Positions 26,461-38,076 of a stretch of DNA of 64,000 bases are shown here, one piece after another; positions within the stretch are counted from its first letter, which is position 1; each line of letters starts with the position of its first letter. The notes under the pieces are model-generated. The model saw only the letters and a program-made list of their open reading frames with translations, made no database searches and was not told the DNA's origin. The translations under genes and the position numbers were made by a program. The stretch is from Macrostomum lignano (lineage: Eukaryota), in the NCBI GenBank assembly GCA_002269645.1, contig NIVC01003928.1:1-64000 (forward strand), given 5' to 3'.

Positions 26461-28939
26461 TTGAATGCGGACGAACCTGTGCGTGAGCGCACAAAAGAAA
26501 AATCACTTATTGAGAAATCTGTTTGATTTGTTTGAAAACAGATTTAAATGTCGCTGTTCTAATAAATGCTTCATTGTCAATGAAATTTTACTGTACAATT
26601 AAAATACTCGTAGTTTGTCCCAACGGTGCTGCTTGTGTCAGTTAGATGGAGTATGTACAAATTTCACTTTCTCGATAGTGCCGCAGCAACTTACTTTGCC
26701 CTTAGCTGACTGCAGGCAGGCTTGCTTGTTTTAATAATGCCCTAGAAAACAAAACACTTATTGCAATTAAGTTTCAGTTACTGGGAGTTGCAATTTTCTG
26801 AGATCCTATCTCTTTGCTGACCGCCCATCTTCCCAATCAGATGAGCTTCTTTTTTGTTGCTGACTCTGCCCTGCTTTTCTTTCGGCGTTTGCCTTTGCAG
26901 TAAGCTTTGTTTCTCGTTCTAGAATGCTGTCATTTTATACTGTTCTTTAGTTATGTAATAATACTGCTTTGAGTAGAAAAATAATTTGACTATCGAATTA
27001 TAACAGTAATATATTATATTAGTTGCCCAGCAAACTCACATGGTATTTCTCCAAGTCTCTAGTACTGTGGGCGATGTGTCATGCGAGATTTCTTTCCTAA
27101 ATGTTTTGATTGAAACTTTTAGTAAAATTTGTTCTTCCTAGAAGTGTAAATTTTGCCTACTTATGAGTGCTGTGTAGTGCTGTTGTAAATTAATTGATAA
27201 ATAAGGTGATCGTGCCGCCTCTCTTATATTTCACTGAGCTCAGAGTATTACTAGGCTGCTAATTATTTTTTTCAACGTACAAAAATACGACATATACGAG
27301 TACGAGACAAGACTTACTTGACAATGAAGGCAAATCTGTTTGTTATAGAAGAAAACGGTAGCTTATCGATATCAACGTATCTGGAATTTTAGAAAAGTAC
27401 ATATGTAAATTCCAGTTAAGTTTTTATTTAATCATAAAATTTTAAAAAGAATTTTAAATTCTACTTACATATGTGTAATGGTTCCTAGCCAAGTCTTTTC
27501 ATGCCAGGTCATGCATGGAAACTCTTGTGACGTGGCACATTTTGTCTGTGTAGTGCAGGTCTCGTAAATGAATTATATTCGTTTGAACATATGCAGTACC
27601 GCCAGTACGCCTTTTGTCAAAGGGAACTTCTACATGTACCTTTCCGTTAGAATTGGCTCTTCCTCTTGTAGGCCTCAACTTCAGTGTAAACTTTATCCCG
27701 ACTCCCTTGCGCCCGCCTCTCCTCCCCGCTTCCCCCCGCCGCGATAGGAATGTACGCGTGGCCTGGGTAAGGGATTGCCTGGGTCTTGTACACGCTTGTC
27801 CTAACACTTCTGCACTGTACGTGGGTTTATCTTTACGATCCAAGATAAGCAAAATTGTTTTCCAGGAAGGCCTAGTAGTTAGTTTTGGGCCAACTAGTCA
27901 TCGATTTCGACTTTACAGTGACAGTGACACTCAAACATGTGCTAGCAGTCCATGCAGTCATCTTAAGTTTCTTCGTATCTCAGTACATTTCAGTATACCA
28001 GACGATAATTATCATAATTCTAGGAAAAATTTTGCTACATAGTATAGCTGCCCAAACCCAGGCCAATAAGGAAGTCATTTAAAGCCTTAGAGATTAAACG
28101 TTTCCCTCTAATACTCGTCCTCGGTTTTCTCGGGAAATGCAAAGTTTTTCTTTGCCCTTTATTTCTTTGCTCTAAAAGCGCTTCATAAGACTGTGAGAAT
28201 TTCCACCGGAAAACTACCTCACTCAAAGTGTCACTTTACGTTAATGGCCTCCAGTCACTAACTTGAGTCAGTTAATACCCATTCACATATGACAAATAGA
28301 TTAATGCAGCTGACTGAAAACGAGAATTTCAGTTAAAATGGCCGAGGGCACAGGCGGATGTAACCTTAATTTGTTATGTTTCGTGTATAAGTGAAATTGG
28401 AAGCTAATGAATTTAGATGCTAGCTGTTTCTATGCAAAAATCTAAATATACTAAATCTATAAGGTTTGTATGCTTGATTGTAATATTCTAAATCCTTATT
28501 AAATTATTTCATATTTTATAGTAAACACGATGCCAAATGTCAGGATCCTTTCAAGTGTCGATTGGCAGCCCTGTGGAGAACCTCTATCTGTTACTTGTAG
28601 TAGACTTTCTTGATATTGTAAGAAATATTGTAATAAAACGAGAATACCGATTTGAGACCCAATTGTTCTGTTGGATCAGACCATCAGTTCGCATAATTTT
28701 TTAAACTTCTTAGGACACTGCAAATCATTAGATTCCCCGTGTTTGATTAAAAATATGAAAAAATGACATTGATTTTTGAAAGGAGAATCGAAAGACGGTT
28801 CCAATGAATATTTTTTCATTTCAATAGAATTCATTTTTGGAAGTGTCGGGACGCACTTATTGGGCCTGGCCCAACACATTTTTGGTCCTAATAGCACGGG
28901 TCAGTTTATACACGCTTGTCCCAAGAAATGCCTAATGCA

Positions 28940-28992
<53 letters not shown>

Positions 28993-29804
28993 TCAGTAAG
29001 AGGCCCGACAAGGCTAATTCGGCTAAAGAAAAGTAGGAAGGGCCGGCAGCCCCCCCCCTGGTCAGGTGACCAAGGGAAGCTAGTGAACAATGATGCACTT
29101 CTTTCGTTCATTTGCTAATGTACAAGGCCGCCTGCACAGCAATGCTAACTTCAACTGCATTAGGCGATTAACATTATTTTGCATGTAGTAAAGAGTCCTC
29201 AGACTCCTCTAAAGAGTCATAAGACTGCCGGCCACAAATATTGTGAAATTCAGAAGTATCTTAATAGCTTTTAGAGAAGAGTCAATTCTTTTTTAAATCA
29301 AGTTTAGATGTACAAAATAAGAGGCTGGCCGTATGTATGGTTTTATTACAATTAAACTATATATAATTTAATATGATTGCCATGTTTATATATATATATT
29401 TTAATTTAAAATATACTCAGCCGCAGGAGACAACTTAAGGTTGGTTTAATCAATGAGCGGAGCGGCATGCGATCAATAATATTTATAGATCAATCGAAAG
29501 AAAACGTGAGCAAACTACTCGTGCACTAAACACTAACTGGAAGCAATAAACGGTGACAAGAGCCGCTAAATGATCACATCCACATTGTCTATAGAGACTG
29601 AATTTACTGTGAACTATGCCTATTGTGCTGCTATGTTGGAAATAAAGTCTGCGTTCGCAATCAAAACGGGGTTTGCATTGTATAAAATCTTCAAGTATAA
29701 GGGTTAAAACACATCCTCCTCGAATACTAACAATGGGAGAAATGAATGATGACGAGCATAAGACTGATTGGTTAAAAGGCAAGTCTCAAGGCTTGAGTGC
29801 TGGG

Positions 29805-29965
29805 GTCGGGCAGATGAGGGTGCACTGAAGGGCTGGGACAGCTGAGGGCGCACTGAAGGGCTGGGACAGTTGAGGGTGCACTGAAGGGCTGGGACAGCTA
29901 AGGGTGCACTGAAGGGCTGGGTCAGCTGAGGGTGCACTGAAGGGCTGGGTCAGCTAAGGGTGCAC
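29805..29965. repeat. 28-bp repeat CAGCTGAGGGTGCACTGAAGGGCTGGGA
   Basis: Direct inspection. Confidence 0.9.
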
Positions 29966-30344
29966 TGAAGGGCTGGGGCAGCTGATGGCGCACTGAAGGG
30001 CTGGGACAGCTGAGGGTGCACTGAAGGATACAAGAATAAAAATCGTATAAAACTACTGAATAACAGATGAATAAATGTGAAGCCAGATTAGGAAACCAGC
30101 CCAGTCACAGTAACAAGTGTACATGCTGTTAATAATTAATGAGATTAAATATGCACACATGGATAAAAACGAGTACTGTTGACACCGAATCTGAGAATGA
30201 CGCTTGCCCGAGTCATCGTTAGAATATTGATGACAATTTAGAATTGTAATGAGCAAACATAAGCCAGGAAAATTCAAGAGATGCATGGCAGATCTACAGA
30301 ACTGAGAGAATAGAAAGTTTGTCAAAAAAAAACAAAAATTTGTT

Positions 30345-30625
30345 TCTAATCCAGATTCTACTATACACATCTTGCTAGTTTAGAAGTCTCGGGGCGCAGT
30401 TTCCAATCCAGATTCTACTATACACATCTTGCTAGTTTAGAAGTCTCGGGGCGCAGTTTCCAATCCAGATTCTACTATACACATCTTGCTAGTTTAGAAG
30501 TCTCGGGGGCGCAGTTTCCAATCCAGATTCTACTATACACATCTCGCTAGTTTAGAAGTCTCGGGGGCGCAGTTTCCAATCCAGATTCTACTATACACAT
30601 CTTGCTAGCTTAGAAGTCCCGGGCA
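30345..30625. repeat. 57-58-bp repeat (~5 copies) just 3' of the p85-like stop codon
   Basis: Unit TCCAATCCAGATTCTACTATACACATCTTGCTAGTTTAGAAGTCTCGGGGCGCAGTT. Confidence 0.93.
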
Positions 30626-30635
30626 GAAGCCGCGG

Positions 30636-33600
30636 TCAAACGTAGGTATTGTTAGTCCGCTCGGCGGCATTCATCTGGGCCAGCTGCTTCAGCGGCAGCA
30701 GTAGAAAGGTGTCCATGTCGCGGTTGTGCTTGCCCAGCGAGTTCACCCGGTAGTGCGCGACCAGCTCCTCCAGGCTGGGGAACGAGGTCGGACTGACGTA
30801 GTCGAAGCCGCACCGGCCGGTCTGCTGCTGGCCGGCGCCCAGCTCCATGAAGATCTTGCAGAAGCGGACACCGCACGGACTGCGGACGGACAGCACTAGG
30901 CTCTCCTCGCCACCTGAGCGAGACGCGTGAATCAGGAAGGTGCCGATTGGCGCATTGTCCAGATGGCGCAGCAGCGGGTCGGCCTTGGTGATCTGCCTGT
31001 CCAGCCAGTCGGCGGGGTCCCACGGCGCCGCGGAGGTCGAACCCACCGGGTCCTCGGCCAGCGACAGTCGCTCGAAGCTGTCGGCGCAGCCGGGGAAGTA
31101 GCCGCCGAGATTGGCGGCGTCCTCGGCGTCCACCGTCTCGCGCAGCACGCCGTACAGGGTCATCAGGATGGCCTTGAGGCGGATGCGCTTCTCCTGGATT
31201 GCGCGAACGTCTCCGCGCATCGTGCGCACCTCGGCCTGCATCACCTGGCTATCGTGCCGGATCCGCTGCGCCTCCTTCTCGGCCGCTTCCTGCCTGGACC
31301 GGTACATCTGCATGCGGCTCACCTGCGGAATGGGCGGCGGGGGTGGCTTTATGGGTTGCCAGCGGTATGCTGCTTGCGGGATCAGGTAGAAACAGGTGAG
31401 GAGAAGGGAGCATAGGGAGAATCCAGATGGGAGCATAGGGAGAATCCAGATGGGATCATAGGGAGAATCCAGATGGGAGCATAGGGAGAATCCAGATGGG
31501 GATCGAGGGAACCCATATGGGGATCAGGGGAGAATCAATATGGGGATTAAGGGAAAATTCCGAGAATACCGATACTCACGATTCCACTCCAATAAACTTA
31601 TCACTCACCTGCGAGTCCCGATTGGTCTTCATGAGCTGTTCCAGAGCACTGCGCCGCTCAATGAGTCTGTCCATCTTGGCGATATTGTTGGTAAGGGTGA
31701 GCACGACCTGCGAGTAGCACTTAGCGCCGCGCTCCGCCTCCAGCTGCTGATCCTTTAGCGTTCCCATAGTAACAATGTTCTCGTCCATCTTTGTAAACAC
31801 GTCGGAGATTTCGCGACCCATTTCTTGGTAGAGGGTCAGCAGCTCCTGCCTCATCTGGGCGGGAAAACCAATTCGAGATGGGATCAATACGACTCATACG
31901 AGCCTCATGCGCCCCATCACTCGATTCTTCCCATCTCCACAATCTTCCCCCTTTCCGTCACTCCAATTCTTCCCCTTTCTCGTCACTCCAATTCTACCCC
32001 TTTCTCGTCATTCCAATTCTTCCCATTCCCGTTACTTCAATTCTTCCTCTTTCCTGTCACCCCCAATTCTTCTCCTTTCTCGTCACTCCAATTCTTCCCC
32101 ATTCTCAAAAAAATAATCTTCCCCCTTTCTCGTCACTCCCAATTCTTCCTCTTTATCGTCACTCCCATTTTTCCCCTTTCTCGACCCTCCAATTCTTCCC
32201 CTTTCCTGTCACTCAAATTCTTCCCTTTTCTCGTCACCCCAATGCTTCCTCTTTCTCGTCACCCCAATTCTTCCCCATTCTCGTCACTCCTAATTCTTCC
32301 CCTTTCTCGTCACCACAATTCTTCCCCTTTCCTGTCACTCAAATTCTTCCCTTTTCTCGTCACCTTAATTCTTCCCCTTTCTCGTAAATCGAATTCTCCC
32401 CTTTCCTGTCACTCAAATTCTTCCCCCTTTCTCGTCCCTACCAAATCTCTCTTTTCTCGTCACTCTAATTTTTCCCCTTTCTCTTAAATGCAATTCTTCC
32501 GCATTCTCTGACTCTAATTCTTCCCCACACCCTGCAACCCAAATTCCTCCCCTACGAGTGAACAGCAAAACACAGATCCCCAGCTCACTTCTTCGCTGTT
32601 CCCCTTGGAGGCAGATTCAGCTGGGCAGCCTGCAAACTTGCTAATGGGATAGAGGAGCAACACGTCCAGGTTGTTATTGTACTCGCGCAGCGAATTGTAG
32701 GTGTAGTGATTGATGACCTGGGCTACCGTGTAGAACTCGGTGGCCCGCTCGGAGAAGCCGTACGTGACCCGGTCGCCGGTCTTGTAGCGCGGATAGATTC
32801 TAATCAGCTTGTTCTCGCCGTCCTTCTTCAGAGTCAGCGTGTAGCCGCCGCTCATGTTGGCGGCGTTGCGCACTAGGAATGAGCCGTCCGGCCGGTTGGC
32901 CAGCACGGCTTGAACCTCCGACTTGGAGATGTCGCCCCAGTACCACGGTTGCTCGGGCAGGGAGATGTGATCCACCTGCGGGATGGCGCAGCGGTTGCTT
33001 TTAGTTGTCAAGCCGGTTTCACTTATGAGCTAGTTGCTAGGCAGTTCTGGGGATTGGATATAATTGGGGTTGGGGTTTGAGATCGGGAATCGGGATAGTG
33101 ATGGGATTTGAGATTGGAAATCAGGACACTGATGGGATTTGAGATTGGGAATCGGGACAGCGATGGGATTTGAGATTGGGAATCGGGACAGTGATGGGAT
33201 TTGAGATTGGGAATCGGGACAGTGATGGGATTTGAGATTGAGAATGTGGATGGGATTTGAGATTGGGAATCTGGATGGGATTTGAGATTGGGAATCATGA
33301 TGGGATTTGAGATTGGGAATCATGATGGGATTTGAGATTGGGAATCTGGACAGTGATGGGATTTGAGATTGAGAATCGGGATGGGATTTGAGATTGGGAA
33401 TCGGGATGGGATTTAAGATTGAGAATCTGGATGGGATTTGAGATTGGGAATCAGGATGGCATTTGAGATTGGAAATCGGGATGGGATTTGAGATTGAGAA
33501 TCTGGATGGGATTTGAGATTGGGAATCATGATGGGATTTGAGATTGGGAATCTGGATGGGATTTGAGATTGGGAATCATGATGGGATTTGAGATTGGGAA

Positions 33601-36600
33601 TCTGGATGGGATTTGAGATTGGGAATCATGATGGGATTTGAGATTGGGAATCAAGATGGGATTTGAGATTGGGAATCTGGATGGGATTTGAGATTGAGAA
33701 TCTGGATGGGATTTGAGATTGGGAATCATGATGGGATTTGAGATTGGGAATCTGGATGGGATTTGAGATTGGGAATCATGATGGGATTTGAGAATGGGAA
33801 TCATGATGGGATTTGAGATTGGGAATCTGGATGGGATTTGAGATTGGGAATCTGGATGGGATTTGAGATTGGGAATCTGGATGGGATTTGAGATTGGGAA
33901 TCTGGATGGGATTTGAGATTGGGAATCTGGATGGGATTTGAGATTGGGAATCTGGATGGGATTTGAGATCAGAAATCTGGATGGGATTTGAGATTGGGAA
34001 TCGGGATGGGATTTGAGATTGGGAATCTGGATGGGATTTGAGATCAGAAATCTGGATGGGATTTGAGATTGGAAATCAGGACACTGATGGGATTTGAGAT
34101 TGGGAATCGGGATGGGATTTGAGATTGGGAATCTGGATGGGATTTGAGATTGGGAATCTAGATGGGATTTGAGATTGGGAATCTGGATGGGATTTGAGAT
34201 TGGGAATCCGGATGGGATTTGAGATTGGGAATCTGGATGGGATTTGAGATCAGAAATCTGGATGGGATTTGAGATTGGGAATCGGGATGGGATTTGAGAT
34301 TGGGAATCTGGATGGGATTTGAGATCAGAAATCTGGATGGGATTTGAGATTGGGAATCATGATGGGATTTGAGATTGGGAATCGGGATGGGATTTGAGAT
34401 TGGGAATCGGGATGGAATTTGAGATTGGGAATTGGGACAGTGATGGGATTTGAGATTGGGAATCGGGATGGGATTTGAGATTGGGAATCGGGATGGGATT
34501 TGAGATTGGGAATCGGGATGGGATTTAGGATTGGGAATCTGGATGGGATTTGGGATTGGGAATCTAGATGGGATTTGGGATTGGGAATCTGGATGGGATT
34601 TGAGATTGGGAATCGGGATGGGATTTGAGATTGGGAATCGGGACAGTGATACGATACGATACAGTAACTGTAGGGTATAGGACCAAGGAAGGCTCACAAC
34701 CACCCCAGGGAGACAGCAGCCAGACTGAGGAACGAACCTGAGACGGGTCGTTAAGCACCAGAAATGAAGGCAGCACGCAGCCCCAGCGGCCGTGGGACAG
34801 CACCCCCTTGGCAACGTCGTGCAATGGCACAACACAAGGCCGACTGTGCTCGCCGGCCACCATCCCGGTCACTCGGGACCAGGCCGGACGGAGCAGCAGC
34901 TGGCCGAAAACGCGCGACCACGAAATGAAATACTGACGGTCGGCGTTTCGAACCCGCCTGAAGATCTGCACAAAGTGGCACATGAGGTGCTGCAGAGTAG
35001 CCCTATGATGGTCGGGGGCCTCCGACAGCAGACGGCGGAGCTCCACGGCCTGCTGATGCAGCTGGCTGGCAGGCAGGTCCATGAGGCGGACGAATCTGCG
35101 CGGGAGGCGAGTGACAGATTCGCTGGGGTGAGAGGGCGACTCTCTGGGATGAGAGGGCGACTCTCTGGGATGAGAGGGCGACTCTCTGGGATGAGAGGGC
35201 GACTCTCTGGGATGAGAGGGCGACTCTCTGGGATGAGAGGGCGACTCTCTGGGATGAGAGGGCGACTCTCTAGGGTAAGAGGGCGAATCTCTAGAATGAG
35301 AGGGCGACTCTCTGGGATGAGAGGGCGACTCTCTGGGATGAGAGGGCGACTCTCTGGGATGAGAGGGCGACTCTCTGGGATGAGAGGGCGACTCGTTGGT
35401 ATGAGAGGGCGACTCTCTGACAGGTAGGAAGCGATTCTCAGACTTGGAACTCTCTGATGCGCCAATGCCAGCCTTCAGTCTCACTTGTCGTAGTGCTGGC
35501 AGGGCAGCAGTGAGGTCGGCAGCTCCTGCAGCCACAGTTTGAGCAGCTGGGCCGCCAACTTGCCGTCCAGTTTATTAAACGCGGCCGGCCCAACTCCGCA
35601 GCCGAAGTCGGCGCGAAGGGCTTCAACGTCGGCGGCGGTCCGCCTGAAACGGTAGAACTGCAGCAGGTCGCCTGGATAAGTGAGGCTCTCCCGCTCCACT
35701 GTGTAAGTGCACAGCCGGACAATATAGGGCACCAGGTGCGAGGCCGCCTCCGGTGCCATGGAGTCGGGCGCGTCGGACAGAGCCGGCTGGTCAGAGTGGG
35801 CCAGGCTGTCGTACACGTTGGTGGAGTCGGCGTAGTTGTCCAGCTTGCGGCGAAAGCTCTCGTCTGGCAGCTGCTGCTCGCCTGCGGCTACCTGCTCATC
35901 AATGGACGCGCCGAACACGATGGACGGCACCATAGGCGGCACGGTGGGTCGGCAGGATTCGTCACCTTCAGCACCGGTTGCCCCCCACCGGTGAAACCTG
36001 GCGCAGTGCCGATGCGCGACCCGGCCGCAGACGGTGCACTGCAGGCCCTGCTGGTAGATGCCCAGCAGCCGGAGCCCGCAAGCTGCGCACTCAGTCTGGT
36101 GTCCGGCAAAGCTGGCCAGCCGCATCCGATGCCCGGCCGGACTGTCCGGATGTCCGAGCCGCCACTCGGTTCCGGCTTTGTCCGCCTCTGGCCAGTCGCG
36201 GTAGCCGGCCAGCAGTTGCTCCAAGGCGGCCGAGATCGCCCGCCGGTGCGGTACATCCTGCATCCGCCAGTCCTTCTCCAGCACCTGGTCCGTGAGACCG
36301 CGGAGGCACGCGCCGCCTGTTCGGAGTTGAAAGGGGCGGCGATGAGGAATCGAGAGTTTGGATTCCGAATTTACAAATCCCAAAAGTGTGGGAATGGTTT
36401 TCAACCCACATGAACTGCAGATTACACCAGATACAGATCCCAAAACAGTAAAGCCATAGATCCCAAAACAGTAAAGCCACAGATCCCGATGAATAAAAGC
36501 CAATCAACAGCAGCCATCAGTTACCCGGGAAGCCCCGCTGGCCGAGATATTTGCAGCAAGAGTCCAAGAACCGGCTGAGGTTGGCAACGCACAGCCACTC

Positions 36601-38076
36601 CAGCACCATGCGGCTGGTCCAGGCTTCCACCAGCACGGGTTCCCAGTGCAAATACAGGTAGTGAGAATCGTCCGGCGGCGGGGCGAAGCCGTCGCAACCG
36701 ACCAGAAGCTGCGACCCGGCGCCCGCCTCGGAGTCAGCAACGTCGCCGTATTTGTCGTCGACATCGCCGGAAGCCGCCGCCACAGCAGCGGCTGTACAGG
36801 ACAGGTGAAAGACGCGCTTGCAGACGGCGCACTGCGCGGCGCCGCAGTTCCACAGATAGTCCTGGCACAGGGTGCAATAGCGCGGGCCGGACACGAACAC
36901 GGTCGGGCCGCCAGGCAGGGCGTGCCGCCGTCGCTCCCGACTGCTGCTGGCCGCGGAGTCGCCACTGCTGCTGTCCGAGAGCTGAGGGCCTGACAAGCCT
37001 GGCATATTGGGATATGGGATCAAAATTGGGGACGTTGCAAACTGGGAAACAGTGGGAATAGGATGGGGATCACAGTGCGAATAGGGTGGGGATCACAGTG
37101 CGAATAGGATGGGGATCACAGTGGGAATAGAATGGGGATCACAGTGCGAATAGGGTGGGGATCACAGTGCGAATAGGATGGGGATCACAGTGGGAATAGG
37201 GTGGGGATCAGTGGGAATTGGGTGGGGATCACAGTGCGAATAGGGTGGGGATCACAGTGGGAATATGGTGGGGATCAGTGGGAATTGGGTGGGGATCACA
37301 GTGCGAATAGGGTGGGGATCACAGTGCGAATAGGATAGGGATCACAGTGGGAATAGGGTGGGGATCACAGTGGGAATAGGGTGGGGATCACAGTGGGAAT
37401 AGGGTGGGGATCACAGTGGGAATATGGTGGGGATCAGTGGGAATAGGGTGGGGATTACAGTGGAAATAGGGTGGGGATTACAGTGGAAATAGGGTCGAGA
37501 TCACAGTGGGAATTGGGTGGGGATCAGAGTGGGAATTGGGTGGGGATCGCACAGTGGGAATTGGGTGGGGATCGCACAGTGGGAATTGGGTGGGGATCGC
37601 ACAGTGGGAATTGGGTGGGGATCGCACAGTGGGAATTGGGTGGGGATCACAGTGGGAATAGTTTGGGGATTACAGTGGAAATAGGATTGGGTTACTGAGT
37701 AAGAGTATTCTGAGTAGCCAGGGTATCTTCAACCAATCAAAACAAGCAAAGAGCACAAAGCAAGGTCTGGAGAGTTGCCAGGATCAAGGAGAGAGAGAGC
37801 ACTCCCGCCCTTACCAGCGTCAGTGGAGGGGTCATCCGCCTGCACCAGCTGCAGATACTTGGTGGGCACCAGGCCCTCCCGATTCTGATAGCGCACCCGG
37901 CAGGTGCCAGGCAGGACTGCGGTGGACACCGAAGACTCCGCAGGTGCCAAGCCAATCAGCTGAGCCCCAGCCTCCAGCACAGAGATGAAGCCAGCGGCCA
38001 CTTCCTCATCGCTAGGAATAAATGGCTGCAGACAGCGATAGACAATGGCTAATGGTTTTGGTGGCTCTGTGGCCAT
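30636..38076 (-). CDS. Class IA PI3-kinase regulatory subunit (p85/PIK3R-like), SH3-C1-SAM-C1-RhoGAP-nSH2-iSH2-cSH2, ~1081 aa
   Basis: Exons 38076-37815, 36998-36525, 36316-35485, 35095-34738, 32975-32589, 31854-31609 and 31322-30636 join in frame. nSH2 PWYWGDISKSEV..PDGSFLVRNA..YTLTLKKDGENKLIRI; coiled-coil iSH2; cSH2 with the SL..HN..MDT.L..P tail typical of p85; two Cys/His C1 motifs; RhoGAP FG.SI..PYIV..C..VE, LLKLWLQELP. Confidence 0.9.
31408..31500. repeat. 23-bp intronic repeat GCATAGGGAGAATCCAGATGGGA
   Basis: Direct inspection. Confidence 0.88.
31925..32490. repeat. Degenerate ~25-bp pyrimidine-rich intronic repeat AATTCTTCCCCTTTCTCGTCACTCC
   Basis: Direct inspection. Confidence 0.85.
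33065..34650. repeat. 25-bp intronic minisatellite GATGGGATTTGAGATTGGGAATCTG
   Basis: Direct inspection; ~1.6 kb. Confidence 0.95.
35128..35420. repeat. 21-bp intronic repeat GGGATGAGAGGGCGACTCTCT
   Basis: Direct inspection; within intron 35096-35484. Confidence 0.93.
37063..37685. repeat. ~23-bp intronic repeat GGGATCACAGTGGGAATAGGGTG
   Basis: Direct inspection. Confidence 0.92.

Larger units (their letters stand above)
23342..28940 (-). mobile_element. TIR DNA transposon-like element A (~5.6 kb) inserted in (CA)n, with internal 38-bp and ~650-bp arrays
   Basis: Left end GTGCACGAGGCACTTATTGG; right end (reverse complement) GTGCATTAGGCATTTCTTGG. AAAC lies immediately outside both ends; (CA)n at 23283-23338 and 28943-28991. 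Ends are homologous to element B. Confidence 0.75.
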
